Source: Leucoraja ocellata
Taxonomy: Eukaryota
Length of the DNA stretch: 64,000 nt
Assembly: GCA_036785375.1 (NCBI GenBank)
Contig: JAWMAR010000083.1
Span: 930,001 to 994,000 of the forward strand
Direction: 5' to 3'
Positions 1 through 11,740 of the stretch are shown here, piece by piece. The translations under genes and the position numbers were made by a program. The number at the start of each line of letters is the position of its first letter. The stretch's first letter is position 1. The notes below the pieces were generated by a model. The model was not told where the DNA came from, made no database searches, and worked only from the letters and a program-made list of their open reading frames with translations.

Positions 1-214
1 TTGAAAAGTTGCTTGGAAGATTTTTAATGCTATAAGCTATCAAAAAGAATGCCAAGACATTGGGGGCACGGTCTTAGAATCCACCACCTGATGATTAATC
101 ATCTCTCATGGTCTGCACCACCTTGAGAGACTGCTCTGAACAACAGGAAGATTATACCAAACAAGGCTGCAAAAGTAAGTGCAGTTAATGGAAATGTGTG
201 GAAGTAGGTTTGGG

Positions 215-600
215 CAAATATCTTAGAGCAAGCAAGATAGACCACTCCTTCTAAATGCCATAGGCTGACGTGGCGTAGGCAACGGAGCTGAATGTGAGCC
301 TTTTTTTCATCCATTTCAGTAACCCGACCTGACTCGCAGTGTAATCAGCATTGAGGGGGAACAGTTTGTGTTAATAAATTATAATTCTGAAAATGAGAAG
401 ATTTTCCCAAAATAACTTTTATTTTTACGAGGATGTTTCCGTAACCGGCTTCCGTCTCCGCACTAGTATCCTATGGGATCTTTGGTGCGGAGACGGAAGC
501 CGGTTACGGAAATGGGGCCAGAAATTACCCATGAATCTCCCCATGGCCGTACTACGTCTTTTTCGTCGAGTAATCTATCTTGCTTGCTATAGGATCTTTG
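215..600. mobile_element. Non-autonomous DNA transposon (MITE), 26-bp TIRs, 8-bp TSD; P or hAT superfamily
   Basis: Left end CAAATATCTTAGAGCAAGCAAGATAG (215-240); right end reverse-complements to CAAAGATCCTATAGCAAGCAAGATAG (575-600); perfect TSD GGTTTGGG at 207-214 and 601-608; no ORF. Confidence 0.9.
436..512. repeat. Perfect 28-bp inverted repeat with 21-nt loop inside the MITE
   Basis: TTTCCGTAACCGGCTTCCGTCTCCGCAC (436-463) and its reverse complement (485-512); loop ends in GGATCTTTG, like the element terminus. Confidence 0.9.
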
Positions 601-1271
601 GGTTTGGGTGGGTGAGAGGTGCAGGGGGCATGGAGATGTGTGGAGTAGCAATCAGGCCCAACTTCTGTTACCATTCTCCATGTGTGGGCAAGGCTGTCAA
701 GACCATTCATATCACAAAAACATCTAAAAGTCCAGTTATAAGGAATTGCAACAGATACAAATGAAATTGAACTATTCACTTTTATTGATTAAAATATTGA
801 CATACATTACGTTAGAAATTGTCCACATTCAGAGCCCATGGCTCATTGGCCAGATATTGAAAACAATTGGAGCAGCAGTACATGTGGTAATTGTGTAAAA
901 TATAATTGCTTATTGTAGACGTTTTGTCAAAATCAACAAAATTATCTGTGGTAAGTTTACATACTTCAGTATTCACGAAAATTGATATTTCCATGCTATC
1001 AGAGTTCATCTCTCCAGGATTAGAAAAAAATATAAAGTAAGTTCTAAAATTCTCAATGTTCATCTTCTGTTGAATAAACTAAAGCTGCAGACATTTCTCA
1101 ATGGTCAGTATGTGCAGTGCAAAAGATATAGCAAGGATTAAAATAAGTGCTTGAATTTGACATTGACTCATATATTTTAATATGTATTGCAGCCTTATTC
1201 AAATGTTGTTACTCGCCTATGCCTCCACTTTGTGGCCATGTCATCCCATGTTATTTATCATCAGTAACTGC

Positions 1272-2703
1272 AACTTGTGGTTAAAGTGTACTGTCAGATT
1301 TTAATAAAGGCCATTTTTACACATTCTGGTTTCACCATGTAGAAATTACAACGGTGTTTATACATAATCCCCCCATTTCAGGGCACCATAAAGTTTGGAA
1401 CACATGGCTACACGGGTATTTGTAATTGCTCAGGTGTGTTTAATTGCCTCCTTAATGCAGGTATAAGAGAGCACTCAGCACCTAGTCTTTCCTCCAGTCT
1501 TTCCATCACCATTGGAAACTTTTATTGCTGTTTATCAACATAAGGACCAAAGTTGTGCCAATGAAAGTCAAATAATCCATTATAAGACTGAGAAACAAGA
1601 ATAGAACTGTTAGAGACATCAGCCAAACCTTAGGCTTACCCAAATCAACTGGAAATATTTAGAAGAAAGACAGCACTGGGTAGTTTACATGTCCGACAGA
1701 TCAGAAACATTCTTCAGGAGTTAGGTGTGGATTTGTCAATGATCACTGTCCGCAGAAGACTTCATGAACAGAAATACAGAGGCTACACTGCAAGATGCAA
1801 ATCAATGGTTAGCCGGAAAAATAGGATGGCCAGGTTACAGTTTGCCAAGAACTACTTAAAAGAGCAACCGCAGTTCTGGAAAAAGTTCTTGTGGACAAAT
1901 GAGACGAAGATTAACATATCAGAGTGATGGCAAGAGCAAAGTATGGAGGAGCGAAGGAACTGCCCAAGATCCAATGCGTACGACCTCATCAGTGAAACAC
2001 GGTGGTGGGGGTGTTATGGCCTGGGCATGTATGGCTGCCGAAGGTACTGGTTCACTTATTTTCATTGATGATACAACTGCTGATGGTAGTAGCATAATGA
2101 ATTCTGAAGTATATAGTCACATCCTATCTGCTCGTTCAAACAAATGCTTCAAAACTCATTGGCCGGCGTTTCATTCTACAGCAAGACAATGATCCCAAAC
2201 ATACTACTAAAGCAACAAAGGAGTTTTTCAAAGCAAAAAAAAGGTAAATTCTTGAGACGCCAAGTCAATCACCTGATCAGAACCCAATTGAGCATGCCTT
2301 TTGTATGCTGAAGAGAAAACTGAAGGGGATTATCCCCGAAACAAGCATAAACTAAAGATGGCTGCAATATAGGGCTGGCAGAGCATCACCAGAGAAGACA
2401 CCCAGCAACTGATGTCCATGAATCACAGACTTCAAGTAGTCATTGCATGCAAAGCATATGCAACAAAATACTAAACATGATTACTTTCATTTACATGACA
2501 TTGCTGTGTCCCAAACAGTATGGTGTCTTGGAATAGAGGGACTGTTTCAACACTGCTGTGATTTCTACATGGTGAAACCAAAATGTAAAAAAATGGCCGT
2601 TATTAAAATCTGACAATGTGCACTTTAACCACGTGATTTTTTCCGATTACAAATCTCAAACTTTGGAGTACAGAGGCAAATAAATAAATGATAGAGGGCA
2701 CTG
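1272..2703 (+). mobile_element. Tc1-like transposon, degenerate, left end truncated, internal deletion
   Basis: Transposase fragments VRRRLHEQKYRG...WTNETK and VKHGGGGVMAWACM, plus QDNDPKH and SPDQNPIE motifs; same family as 22904-24539; right end ...GAGGGCACTG. Confidence 0.92.
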
Positions 2704-3099
2704 TGACAATCAGAGTGTGATAGCAATGTGATGTTAAAGCTGTTTGTAACTGCAAAACCTATTCCACCATTGCATACTGCTTGGAGAGCAGTGGTAAAAA
2801 GGTGGCAAAGAGATAATCCATGAATGGTAAGTGGGCAACAAACATATTCATGCAGAAGAGATATTATGTAAAAAGACTATTAGAGAAAGCTTAGAATTGG
2901 AGATTAAATGTTACCATCCATCCATGGGTTAGAATTATATCCCATATTTTTGTGGTAGTCCAGTTAGTGGGATTCATAGCTCCGATGGTTCACATTTTGT
3001 TGCTATACATACAATTGTATAGGTATTAATAGATTAGAATCATTTGCTATTAATAGGGAAATAACAAAAAAAGTTGTAATTGATATAAACTTGAGGATT

Positions 3100-3400
3100 G
3101 AAACAACAAAGGGGAACATGTACAAGCCATATACTATGCTCTGGTGGATCTCTAAATTAGGGTGAATTGGACATATATAGAGACTCTCCCAAAAGCCTGA
3201 TCAGCCCAAAGAAATGGTATAAATTGATATTGATCATGACGATTGGCCAAGTTGAAGTCAAGAGGGAAAAAGTAAATGGACAGTGGGTTAAAGCACATGA
3301 GCCCAAGGTGCAAGATGATACCCAAGCCTGGGTGAGGGGCATCACTGAAACCTGGTTGAAACTGGATGATACCAGTCTCAGTGATCAGCTGTAACGTGAC
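3100..3400 (+). mobile_element. Highly degraded LINE (CR1-like) endonuclease fragment
   Basis: GITETWL motif typical of LINE APE domains in ORF 3167-3394; boundaries approximate. Confidence 0.4.
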
Positions 3401-4084
3401 CTTAATTGAACCCATTAACTGGATACGGTCTAGCAACCATTCCACAGACTCTGGGGAATGTTTAGCATAGTACATATATGATAAAAAGGAACTATTCCCA
3501 TATTTTATAGCAAACCACAGTACAGAGCGGTAGACATGAATTCCTTTGTCTTATGTATTCACTGGGCATGTGAGGTAGATGTAGGGGAACAAAATGTAGA
3601 TAAGGGATAGTGTAAAAAGTGATAGATGTTTTGTATCAGGCAGCATTTGTGAAAAACAATTATTAATAGTACCACAGCCAACAGCAAAGATTTTGAAAAT
3701 AAGCTATGATGCTCAAGATACAATTACTCTCCATTCATCAAATGGTAAATCATACAATTAATAATCAATGGTGCTCTTTCAATCATTTTGTTTAACTTAG
3801 ACATACTAATCAGTTATTCATAGTTTTCATCAAGTCAATATTTGCCTATGGGAGATAAAAATAAAAACATTCAGTTCTGATGAAGGTTTCCGGATCTGAA
3901 ATATTGATAGTTTCTCTTTTGCAGATAGAGCCTGGGTTGCCAAGAATTTTCAACATTAGTTTGATTTCAGATTTCCAAAATCTGCAATTTAAATATTTTT
4001 TTTCTTTAAATGCCTGTTTTTGCAGCATTGAGATGTGTCAAATAACTTTACATTGGCATGCCCATCACATCTAACAAATAAAAA

Positions 4085-4372
4085 GGCCGTACAGTGGCGC
4101 AACGCTAGAGTTGCTGCCTTACAGCACCAGAGACCCGGGTTTGATCTGTATGGAGTTTGTAGGTTCTCCCTGTGACCGCGTGCGTCTTCTCTGGGTGCTC
4201 TGGTTTCTTCCCATACTCCAAAGACGAGCACGTTTGTAGGCCAATTGGCTTTGGAACTATAGTAAATTGCCCCTATTGTGTAGGATAGTGCTTGTGTACG
4301 GGGTGATCACAGGTTGGTGCGGACTCAGTGAGCTGAGGGGCCTGTTTCTTCGCTGTATCTCTAAAGTCTAAA
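4085..4372 (+). mobile_element. tRNA-derived V-SINE (HE1-like)
   Basis: tRNA-like head (GTGGCGCA...GGGTTTGATC), core TGGAGTTTGTAGGTTCTCCCTGTG, tail GGGCCTGTTTC...GTATCTCTAAA; many copies in window. Confidence 0.85.
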
Positions 4373-4854
4373 TCATAGATGTGCTTTCATAACATTAAAT
4401 GCAAATTCAGATTAAGGTCACGAGGCAGCCAAAAATATTGCAATTACAATGCAGCTGCTCATCACCAATACTTGGTTTTAGTGTCAGTTTCAGGGAGAGC
4501 TGCTCTCCTTCAGTAGCCAGGTTGTATTCCAATTCCTCTACTCAAGAAAACTCAATACATTTGTATAACTAACTTTACACGGCTTTTCTCCATTAGCAGT
4601 TAAAATGTCAGAGTGTGAACGACCAGCTCTACATTGTCACCAAACGGTACAGGAAGAACAACAAATTAGAAAAACTGAAAGGTTCTATCATTTAAACATC
4701 ATCTAAATCCAAACTCAGTTATTCTTCCTAATGGAACACAAGTAGCAGCCCATTGGTCATTCAACAGAAACAGAAAAGCAAATTTTTACTTTACTGTGTC
4801 CGATGGTGATGAATGGTATAGGTTACCTTAAAATTGATACCACCATGACAACAA

Positions 4855-5154
4855 GGGCAGCACAGTGGCACAGCGGTAGTGTTGCTGCCTCACAGCGCCA
4901 CAGACCCATGTTCAAACCTGACTATGAGTGCTATCTGTATGGTGTTTGTACATTCTCCATGTGACAGCATGGGTTTCCCTCGGGTGTTCCAGTTTCCTCC
5001 CACACTCCAAAGACGTACAGGTTTGTAGGTTAATTTGCTTCGGTAAAGATTATAAATTATCCCTAGTGTAGGATAGTGTAGTTAATGGGAAATGCTGCTT
5101 CTTGTGGACTTGGTTGCCAAAGGGCCCATTTCCATGCCGTGTCTCTAAACTAAA
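4855..5154 (+). mobile_element. V-SINE (HE1-like)
   Basis: Same head/core/tail as 4085-4372. Confidence 0.85.
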
Positions 5155-5453
5155 CAATGTATAGCACAGCAGTTAAGTAATAAGAAAATCCATCAACTAT
5201 TATGGCAATGACATTATATTACTTGCCAAAATAATTTGAAACAAAGGAAATGTTTTGACACTGGTTGTGCCCCAACGACATAACTAAAATGGAGAGTTGA
5301 AGGCATTTGGTCTCCTCCAAAATGATCTATTGCATTTGACAACTCCCCATGTGGTCTCCCCTAAAAACAGAGTGACCATGTGTAGACTAAGCGATTGCTT
5401 CACCAAGCACTTGCATTGTGTCTGCCAGGGCCCAGTTGCCAACCATCTCCTTA

Positions 5454-5676
5454 TGCCCCTGTCTCACGTAAACCTGAACGGAAACCTCTGGAGACTTTGC
5501 GCCCCACCCAAGGTTTCCGTGCGGTTCCCGGAGGTTGCAGGTGGTTGCCGGAGGTTGCAGGTAGCGGAAGCAGGTAGGGAGACTGACAAACACCTCCGGG
5601 AACCGCACGGAAACCTTGGGTGGGGCGCAAAGTCTCCAGAGGTTTCCGTTCAGGTTTTCTAAGTTGGACAGGGGCA
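5454..5676. mobile_element. PIF/Harbinger-like palindromic MITE
   Basis: ~90-bp near-perfect inverted arms with ends TGCCCCTGTC / GACAGGGGCA; flanked by TTA and TAA (TWA-type target). Confidence 0.8.
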
Positions 5677-5719
5677 TAAAACACACAACCTGAAAGTTCC
5701 CCAGCCCCGCACTCCCCGC

Positions 5720-5870
5720 TTCTCCTGAAAGAGTCGGAAAGGATCCCGACCTAAAATGAGACACGGTGAATGAAACTGCCAGAGATCACGTGCAAACTAG
5801 AGAACAGCACCTCATATTGTAGCCTGCAACTGAACAGCACGTACATTGAATTATCTAATTTCAGGTAAAA
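5720..5870 (+). mobile_element. Degraded Penelope-like element fragment
   Basis: AAACTAGAGAACAGCACCTCATATT resembles the KLEEQHLIF region at ~47000; degenerate hammerhead-like motif near 5725. Confidence 0.5.
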
Positions 5871-7202
5871 CCCTTCTCATCCACCCAGTTTCACTGCACC
5901 CCCACCCCCATGCACACTGTTAATTCCATTCCCCTAGTCTATTCACACTTCCTTTTCCCTTCTCTACCCGATCATTATCCACTGTTCACTACTCCAGGTC
6001 GCCCATTTTTCTTCTCCCTCCATCGCTTGTACCCACCCTCACTCTTTCTGATTTTGCATTGCAATTCCCACCTTCCTTTCATATCCGATTCCACCAATTT
6101 CTTCTCCGATTCCATCCCTTCTCTCCACATCACCTCCAGCCTTGGTTACCATTTCCATGCTTCTCTATCCCACCAAACGCATCTGCCAGTAAATTCCTCC
6201 TTTCCTGGACCCAGTTGTAAGTTCTTGCCCCATCATTTTCCCCACCTCTTTCTACTTCATCAGGGGCACAAAACGGCACAAAGAATGTGAAGTGGTCTTG
6301 CATCAACTGAGAATCTGTAGGATGTACCCATCTGCATGCAATATCAAATTGCTTGATACAATCTAGGGCAAAATAGATCATTTGATTGATACTTTATATG
6401 ATAGGTTCAACATTCTCTTTCATGTACACTTGAACGACAGGATGTGCTGCAGGTGCTCCCCCCCCCCTCAAGTTGGATTCAAAGGCAACCATGTGGCATC
6501 ATTGCTAATTATATTATATTATGAATCCGATTAATATTTGCAGTCTCATTTGTGCAAGTACAAGATGTGCAATTTTGAAGACCTATTAAAGTTAAGGGCT
6601 ATTAGAGTTAAAGACATCTCTAAAAAAGTTACACATTTACACTACATCATGTAATTGTAATTTATAGATTGTCTTGGGATTACGATCCACTGCAGACCAA
6701 GAGTATGACAACATGATTTCAAAATCTGTAAACAGCCTTGGTGCTTTTAAACCATACCTCCCACATTTTATGGGAAAAATAAACTAGTCTAATAAGATAT
6801 GTTTTCCCTCCATTATAAATGCAGAGACATGAAGCAAGTTCGTCCAAACTTTTAAAATTAAATTAAAGTATGTTTCAAAAGACATTTGATGCTTTAAGTA
6901 ACTTTAGTCAAATAATTTGAACTTCATGGAAGGTAGCGACAAGGAATTATGTAATAAGGTACTTAATGCATTTTTAAAAATAGCCTGCAGAAGCAATCAG
7001 TAGTCTGAAGTTACAAGCATTATTAAGCTTTGTCTCCCTCCCGCTATTCTTATTGATCACCACTTTAATAATTTTTTGTCATTTGGTTTACCAGAATAAT
7101 TGTGCCCACGGTAAATTAGATTCTGGAACTGAATATTTGTGGTACAAGTGTATACTAGCTTGCAAAGCACACAGTTGCAAAAGCAGAACAAAAACTAATA
7201 TC

Positions 7203-8321
7203 TCATCCATCCCTACAGTCAACATAATTTCCTTTAATCCAGTAACAAATGTGTGCGTATTTCAGAGGAGTAATCCGAACAGCTACATTGTAATCTTGTT
7301 GAATACCATTCTTATCCACCCACTGGTGACCCGAAAATATTCCAACCACTTTTCGCTCCCATTTCCGAATTTGCCTATTCCACATTCGGATGTAAACACC
7401 TGAACCACTGGCACCTGGCTGAGCATCACATTGCTGATACAGAAGGTCATACGTTTCATCTTTGACCAAGCAGAAACGATAAACAAGATCTCCAGGACGA
7501 TCATTGTCAAAACCAGAAAAGTGAATCCGGCTTCCTGGCAACCTCTCCCGATGAGGAGTCACTCCAATTTTCATGAAGGGTTTCTTATGAGGCCTTTTCA
7601 ATTCCAGAATTGCATAGTCATAATCCATGCCAATATCGTTTGCTGCACCTTTGATCCATCCCTTTGGAATGCGTGACCGCTTCACTCTTATCCAATGGAA
7701 TATAGCTTTTTCTGGAAGAATAGAGTTGATTTGATTTACAGCTCTCCCCATCTCTCTCTGTTCCGGTTTAAAAAATCCAACTTTCATCCTGCGTGCACCC
7801 TTCACGTAATTCTTGCCATCGTGAATACAATGGGCCGCAGTTAGAACGTGCTTCTCAGATACTAAAGTCCCAGAGCAACCCGTGGAGATTTTCACCGAAG
7901 TTGAAAAAGGATAAAGGAACAGGAATTTTCTCGCCATAATGCTAAATCGACTATCCAAACCAAAGATCTGTCTTTTCGTTCTTGCACCATTTCTGCGGTT
8001 TCGTTCATTTCCCAAATCAGCATCAATGAAACCATAGATGTCCACATCCGTGAGAGTTCTGCTTCCATTTAAGAACAAAGTTTCATAAGACAAATATTCT
8101 TTCAGTTTTTCATAGGTTGGCAGAGGTGCTCTTTTGTGACAGTCTAATCCACATGGTGAGGTGACTTTCAGGTTGGTTTTGCCCTCAAAATGTGCATTGT
8201 GCAGTTGGAAAGTTGCCTTCGGATAAACCACAGGTACATAGGTCTTCTGCCATTCATTCTTGTGCATTATCACATACTTAACGCAACAAAGCAAAATGAA
8301 AAGAGTTGGCAAAGCCACCAT
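7203..8321 (-). CDS. PRSS23: Serine protease 23 precursor (372 aa), CDS contained in one exon
   Basis: Signal-like MVALPTLFILLCC; furin site RTKR/QIFG; FSTSVKISTGCSGTLVSEKHVLTAAHC (His), DYDYAILEL (Asp), CDAQPGASGSG (Ser intact, unlike PRSS35); C-terminus YWIKGNYVDCRDG resembles PRSS23; ATG lies 16 nt after a splice acceptor. Confidence 0.95.
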   Translation of the reverse strand: MVALPTLFILLCCVKYVIMHKNEWQKTYVPVVYPKATFQLHNAHFEGKTNLKVTSPCGLDCHKRAPLPTYEKLKEYLSYETLFLNGSRTLTDVDIYGFIDADLGNERNRRNGARTKRQIFGLDSRFSIMARKFLFLYPFSTSVKISTGCSGTLVSEKHVLTAAHCIHDGKNYVKGARRMKVGFFKPEQREMGRAVNQINSILPEKAIFHWIRVKRSRIPKGWIKGAANDIGMDYDYAILELKRPHKKPFMKIGVTPHRERLPGSRIHFSGFDNDRPGDLVYRFCLVKDETYDLLYQQCDAQPGASGSGVYIRMWNRQIRKWERKVVGIFSGHQWVDKNGIQQDYNVAVRITPLKYAHICYWIKGNYVDCRDG

Positions 8322-8337
8322 GCTGATTTGTGATGAA

Positions 8338-8365
8338 CTGTTGAAAAAACAGACTTTTGTTAGTG
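8338..8365 (-). promoter_or_regulatory. Branch point, pyrimidine tract and 3' splice acceptor of the PRSS23 coding exon
   Basis: Minus strand CACTAAC...CTGTTTTTTCAACAG|TTCATC; exon starts at 8337. Confidence 0.85.
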
Positions 8366-9318
8366 ACATTCTTGAACTCCATACTCGCACAGTTTAACAT
8401 AACAGCACTCAAGAAATATTAAATAGGTAGCTCCAGCATTCTACTGACCGACTCCAAATGTTACGTCAATTTCTTTCACTGAGAAATTGCCCATCAGTAA
8501 CCTTAACATTAACAAACCTCAGCTGGGAAAAATATACTTGAATGGCTCATGTTTAAAGTTCTTATGTCAAGTTGTCGCCATAATGGGTCGAAAAACAAGG
8601 TCATCAAATTGAGCTGTTAAGTGCCAAACATTTTATGAACATATTAAAAATAAATGGAATGCAGAAACAATTCTGGAACAGTTCCATGATACAATTTTAT
8701 TTAATTTACACCAACTGTCCAGTCCCATAAGTGCCTACAAAATCAGCAAGGCAGAAAACCAACAGCAATTACTCTTAATTTAACCCGATCTGATTTTAAA
8801 TTAAATTCCACATGCAAGTTCCTTGCAATGTATTTTTCCCTAAGGTAAATGGCCATTCAACTCATATTGCTTCCCTCATGTGGAGCGAGAAATTGAAAGG
8901 GAAACAATTCACAGCAAAATAGTAGATTAAACTGCTGTCATTGGTCACATCTTGCACAATCCATTAAGCAACCTTTGTTTTCCAGTTTTATGACGCACAG
9001 ATTCTGAGCATTTAGTTTTAGCCAAATTTGAGATGGGTGTTTCAGACATTTGATACTTTAATAAAATGTAAACAAAAGGGATGCTGTCTCTCTCACCATC
9101 TGGAAAGAACTAATGTTCCCTTGTCAGTTTTTAGAATGTAGAAATCAATTTATATGAACATTGAAAATAGTCTACAAATCCAAAAGGGTTAAAAATCTGT
9201 ATTGGAAAGAATTTAATGGCCAGTTGGCATTGGAAGAAAAACTTAATTATAAGTAAACAAATATTGTAAATGCTAAAAATCTTAAAGACAAAGTACTAAA
9301 AATAGAGTGCCCTCCATA

Positions 9319-10032
9319 ATAGAATAGAATGCTATTTATTGTCATTCAAACCTAGGTTTGAACAACATTTCATTTCTACAGTTTTTTACATTACAAAACA
9401 ATCCAAGACCCACACTTAACACAGTTTACATAAACATCCATCACAGTGAGTCTCCAACATCTCCTCACTGTGATGGAAGGCAAAGTCTTTATCTCTTCCC
9501 TTTGTTCCTTCTCCCGTGGTCCAGCAGTCCAACTGCAGTGTCGAGGCGAACTGGGGCTCCGATGTTAAAGCCCCCGGCGGGCGATGGTAAGTCCTGAGGC
9601 CGTTTAAGCCACGTCGGGCGATGTTAGGCCCCGGCTCCATGTCCTTAAACCCGCGATTCCAGCGGGAGAAGTCGCCGTTGCGGAGCTCGGAAAAGCGGTC
9701 TCCCACCAGGGACCTGCGAGCTCCCGATGTTCCTGTCCACTGGGTCTGCGGCCGGTGCCTCCGAACTCCAAAGGTCGGGTAGCAGCCACACGCCACCACA
9801 GCCGCGGTCTGCAGAGCACCAGCTGGCACGGCGTCCGCAGCCTGGGATCCCTCGTGGAGGAGGACTGGCCAAATATTGTGCCTTCCACCACAGTGATGAA
9901 TGCTGTGGTGGATGTTTGTGTTAAATCTTTTGTGTGTTTTTGTGTGTTCTTTATCATTGTACCGCTGCTGGCAAATTCATTTCACTTGCACTTTATGTGC
10001 AATGTGATGAATAAAGCTTATTGTATTGTATT
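9319..10032. mobile_element. GC-rich non-autonomous retroposon-like element with LINE-type 3' tails at both ends
   Basis: Minus-strand tail TGACAATAAA..(ATTCT)n at left; plus-strand tail GAATAAAGC(TATTG)n at right; body related to 27650-28510 and 59580-60495. Confidence 0.6.
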
Positions 10033-10039
10033 AAAACAT

Positions 10040-10178
10040 GAATAAAACTGTTAGAGACATCAGCCAAACCTTAGGCTTACCAAAATCAACTGTTTGGAAT
10101 ATCATTAAGAAGAAAGAGAGCACTGGTGATCTTACTAATCGCAAAGGGACTGGCAGGCCAAGGAAGACCTCCACAGCT
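10040..10178 (+). mobile_element. Tc1 transposase 5' fragment
   Basis: Matches the NKTVRDISQTLGLPKSTVWNII region of the other two Tc1 copies. Confidence 0.85.
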
Positions 10179-10740
10179 TCATGATACAGGGCTCGAAATT
10201 AGCGGTTGCCCGGGTGCCACTGACCACCCAAAGTGCCGCCGGGCAACCTAAACGGCGAGTCATTTTGCCCGGCTTGGCAACTTGGTTTATACCGAAGAGA
10301 CACAAAAAACTGGAGTAACTCCGCGGGTCAGGCAGTATCTCTGCAGAAAAGGAACGCGACGTTTCGTGTCGGCGATGGCTGTCGTGCAGGGCAAAGATAC
10401 TAGGTGCGGGATGACGAACGGTCGGAGCGAATGACGGGCTCCGAACAGCGGCAGCAGCAGCCGCGACAGCGGCTCCACCTCCTCCTCCTCCCGCTACCCA
10501 CCCTGTTAAGGGCCGTTGCTTGCAAACCCGTTAACGACGCATTCAAAACAAACCCTCCCGCACGCCGAGGCCTCCCCTCCCTCCATCCTTCCTGCCTCGG
10601 TGTGCAGGAGGGTTTGTTTTGAAAGCGCCGTTAGCGGATTTGCAAGCAGCGTCCTCTATCAAGGAGGAGGAGATGGAGTCGCTGTAGCTGCCGCTGTGCG
10701 GGACCTGTCATTCGCTCTGACCGTTCTGAAGCAGCTGCAC

Positions 10741-10768
10741 CATAGATCCTATAGCTATAGGATCTTTG
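10741..10768. mobile_element. 28-bp palindromic TIR-only remnant with 8-bp TSD
   Basis: CATAGATCCTATAGCTATAGGATCTTTG flanked by AGCTGCAC at 10733-10740 and 10769-10776. Confidence 0.88.
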
Positions 10769-10899
10769 AGCTGCACCACTCGGCCCCGCAACTTGCTGTT
10801 GGCTGGCGGAGGAGGGAGGCGGTGGCGAGGAAATCCCAACTGCCAAAGCAGCGGGGCGATGTTGTCCGAGGAGCGCTGACCTTCCTTCCTCCCCACCTC

Positions 10900-10902
<3 letters not shown>

Positions 10903-10938
<36 letters not shown>
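10903..10938. repeat. (CT)18 microsatellite
   Basis: Direct read. Confidence 0.95.
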
Positions 10939-10941
<3 letters not shown>

Positions 10942-10959
10942 ACGTCCCCTCCACCTCCC

Positions 10960-11740
10960 CCCCCTTATCCTGGGACCCCTCCGCTCCATCCTGCACTGAT
11001 CCCCATTCCCGCCTCTATTCAGTCCTCACTGACATCCCCTGTGCTCCCCTCCCCATCTACCCCCCCTATCTATTCATCCTGCGCTGATCACTCTATCCAC
11101 CTCGCATTGATTCTCCTGCCACCCCCCATCCATCCTACACTGACTCCCCAATTCATCCTGTACTTACCCCCTTTCCCATCCATCCTGCACTTCTCCTCCA
11201 TCCATCCTGCACTGATCCCCCATCCATCCTGTACTAATCCACACATTCATCCCGTACTGACCCACCCGCCATTTAACCTGCACCTTCCCCTCATTCATCC
11301 TGCAGCGATCCCCCATTCATCCTGCACAGACCTTCCGATCCACACTGTACTGACCCACCTCCTCCCATTCATCCTGTGCTGATCCCCCCCCCCCCCCCCC
11401 CATCCATCCTGCACTGATTCTCCCATTCAAGAAGAATGGGGGGAACAGTCTGAAGACGGGTCTCGACCCGAAACGTTGCCTATTTCCTTCGCTCCATAGA
11501 TGCTGCCTCACCCGCTGAGTTTCTCCAGCACTTTTGTCTACCCCCATCCATCCCCTACTGAACCCCCCCCCCCCCCCATTCAACACCACTGACATCCCCC
11601 ATGCTCTCCCCTCACAATTTTACCTAGGCCAACCAACACGTACTGATTCACCTGCCTCAATTCATCCATTCTGCACCGGCTGCCTTCTAACCCCCCACCC
11701 CCGCCATCTATGCACCCCGCATTGATTCACACACACACCC
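10960..11740. repeat. Degenerate C-rich minisatellite (unit ~CATCCATCCTGCACTGATCCCC), interrupted by a Penelope-type repeat at ~11445-11540
   Basis: Recurrent CATCCTG(C/T)ACTGA motif roughly every 20-25 bp. Confidence 0.8.
11450..11477 (+). ncRNA. Minimal hammerhead ribozyme core in a Penelope-derived repeat
   Basis: CTGAAGA-C-GGGTC-TC-GACCC-GAAA-CGTT fits CUGANGA/stem II/GAAA. Confidence 0.6.

Noticed and set aside
4085-4160. tRNA-like A/B boxes
   Set aside because: SINE heads, not tRNA genes; no cloverleaf
8322-8390. 23-aa N-terminal extension of the PRSS23 ORF in the track
   Set aside because: Starts at a non-ATG codon and crosses a consensus branch point and acceptor; intronic and UTR sequence
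10516-11382. 288-aa Pro/His-rich ORF
   Set aside because: Runs through (CT)n and a C-rich minisatellite that lack stop codons; no domain signal
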